DNA of 63,754 nucleotides, filler included. It is 4 parts of 4 records of this genome, joined end to end, with 100 filler letters (N's around TTAATTAATTAA, not from the genome) between each part and the next. Parts side by side here need not be neighbours in the genome. Positions count along the whole stretch, not along the records: positions 57,685 to 63,754 come from SRR20825006_204; 3 more parts are not named here. One strand, 5' to 3'. A program made the translations under genes and the position numbers. Of the stretch, positions 62,661-63,754 are shown in pieces; within the stretch, counting starts at the first letter, position 1, and each line of letters begins with the position of its first letter. Under the pieces are notes generated by a model. That model was not told the DNA's origin and did no database searches. It saw only the letters and a list, made by a program, of their open reading frames with translations.

Positions 62661-63754
62661 ATGGGGAAATCAACACTTAAACTCACTCGAAAGATTCAGA
62701 TACTAGTAGACCTGCCAACCAAAGAAGAGCGGAAGGAGAAACTAGACAAATTATATCAATACCAGAATCGGTGCTTTAGAGCAGCGAATATTATGATGTC
62801 TCATATGTATGTGCAGGAAATGATCAAAGACTTTTTTTACCTCTCCGAAGGAATTAAGTATAAACTAGCAGATGAGAAAAAAGATAAAGATGGTATTTTG
62901 CAGCGTTCCCGTATGAATACTACTTTCCGAGTGGTGTGTGACAAGTTTAAAGGAGAAATACCAACCGATATTCTATCGAGCTTGAACAATACCTTGTTGT
63001 CCACTTTTAACAAGAACAAATCGGATTACTGGAAAGGACTCTGCTCCCTACGAAATTTTAAAAGAGACATGGCATTTCCGTTCCCTGCGAAAACAATGAG
63101 TCGGATTTCCTATAATCCTGATAAAAAGGCATTTTGTTTCCGTTTGTTTTCCATACCGTTTAAAACATATTTAGGAAAAGACTATACTGATAAACGAAAA
63201 TTATTAGAGCGTTTGGTTGAAGGAAATATGAAACTATGTACTTCAAAGATTAAATTAAAGGATGGAAAAATATTTTGGCTAGCGGTATTTGAAATTGAGA
63301 AAGAAGAGCATGCTCTTAAACCTGAAGTTATCGCAGAAGCTTCGCTTTCTCTTGAGTATCCTATAGTAGTTAAAACGGGCAAAACAAAACTTACTATTGG
63401 AAGTCGAGAAGAATTTTTATACCGAAGGCTAGCTATACAAGCCGCCTATAAAAGAACACAGGAAGGAATTACTTATTGTAAATCAGGAAAAGGGAAAAAG
63501 CGAAAATTAAAGGCTGTGGAGAAGCTTCGAGATGCAGAAACTAATTATGTATCCCATCGCTTACATTTATACAGTAGAAAACTGATTGATTTTTGTGTAA
63601 AGAATCAAGTGGGAACGCTGATTTTAATAAATCAAGAGGACAAAATCGAGATTGCTAAAAAGGAGGATTTTGTCCTTAGAAATTGGAGTTATTATGAGTT
63701 AATGACTAAAATAAAATACAAAGCCGATAAGGCAGGTATTGAGCTTATTACAGC
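62661..63754 (+). CDS. Cas12f/TnpB-like protein with substituted RuvC residues (dCas12f-like); runs off the window end; not in ORF track
   Basis: 364 open codons from ATG 62661 (MGKSTLKLTRKIQILV...); HLYSRKLIDFC..NQVGTL and LRNWSYYELMTKIKYKADKAGIEL are Cas12f/TnpB RuvC-region motifs; IAEASLS replaces the usual GVDLG. Confidence 0.85.
   Translation, partial: MGKSTLKLTRKIQILVDLPTKEERKEKLDKLYQYQNRCFRAANIMMSHMYVQEMIKDFFYLSEGIKYKLADEKKDKDGILQRSRMNTTFRVVCDKFKGEIPTDILSSLNNTLLSTFNKNKSDYWKGLCSLRNFKRDMAFPFPAKTMSRISYNPDKKAFCFRLFSIPFKTYLGKDYTDKRKLLERLVEGNMKLCTSKIKLKDGKIFWLAVFEIEKEEHALKPEVIAEASLSLEYPIVVKTGKTKLTIGSREEFLYRRLAIQAAYKRTQEGITYCKSGKGKKRKLKAVEKLRDAETNYVSHRLHLYSRKLIDFCVKNQVGTLILINQEDKIEIAKKEDFVLRNWSYYELMTKIKYKADKAGIELIT

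Larger units (their letters stand above)
57685..63754. mobile_element. End of a tRNA-targeted integrative element / genomic island
   Basis: tRNA 3' end, tyrosine integrase about 230 bp downstream, accessory cargo; other boundary outside the window. Confidence 0.7.

Noticed and set aside
62837-63382. Two short minus-strand ORFs in the track (62837-63019, 63182-63382)
   Set aside because: Antisense shadows of the long plus-strand Cas12f-like ORF
62661-63754. Reading the ORF as an active IS200/IS605 TnpB or a CRISPR interference effector
   Set aside because: No TnpA, array or adaptation genes nearby; RuvC acidic residues appear substituted; tightly coupled to a sigma gene

Overview
The window is not one locus. 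It is four contigs joined by artificial N-padded TTAATTAATTAA linkers. Contig 1 (1-21817) and contig 2 (21918-36494) are AT-rich, Flavobacteriaceae-like and cover the same housekeeping neighbourhood from two different genomes in opposite orientation (HPF, ArsC-like, OmpA, lipocalin, fused 2-oxoacid dehydrogenase E1, 2OG-Fe(II) oxygenase, SUI1, nucleoside phosphorylase, PBP2-fold protein, ung, mutS2). Contig 3 (36595-57584) is a higher-GC alphaproteobacterial (Hyphomicrobiales-like) housekeeping region with tRNA-Gln. Contig 4 (57685-63754) is the left end of a Bacteroidetes integrative element at a tRNA 3' end (probably tRNA-Pro). It carries the main finding: an Xre-HTH gene divergent from a long structured leader, an atypical ECF sigma factor with an extra sigma4-like domain, and, 2 nt downstream, an ORF missing from the supplied track (62661 to window end). 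That ORF encodes a Cas12f/TnpB-like protein whose RuvC-I and RuvC-II acidic residues appear substituted. This matches the architecture of RNA-guided dCas12f-sigmaE transcription-activation systems recently reported in Bacteroidetes. The guide RNA and target cannot be identified from this window. All family assignments are by eye from motifs, with no database searches run.
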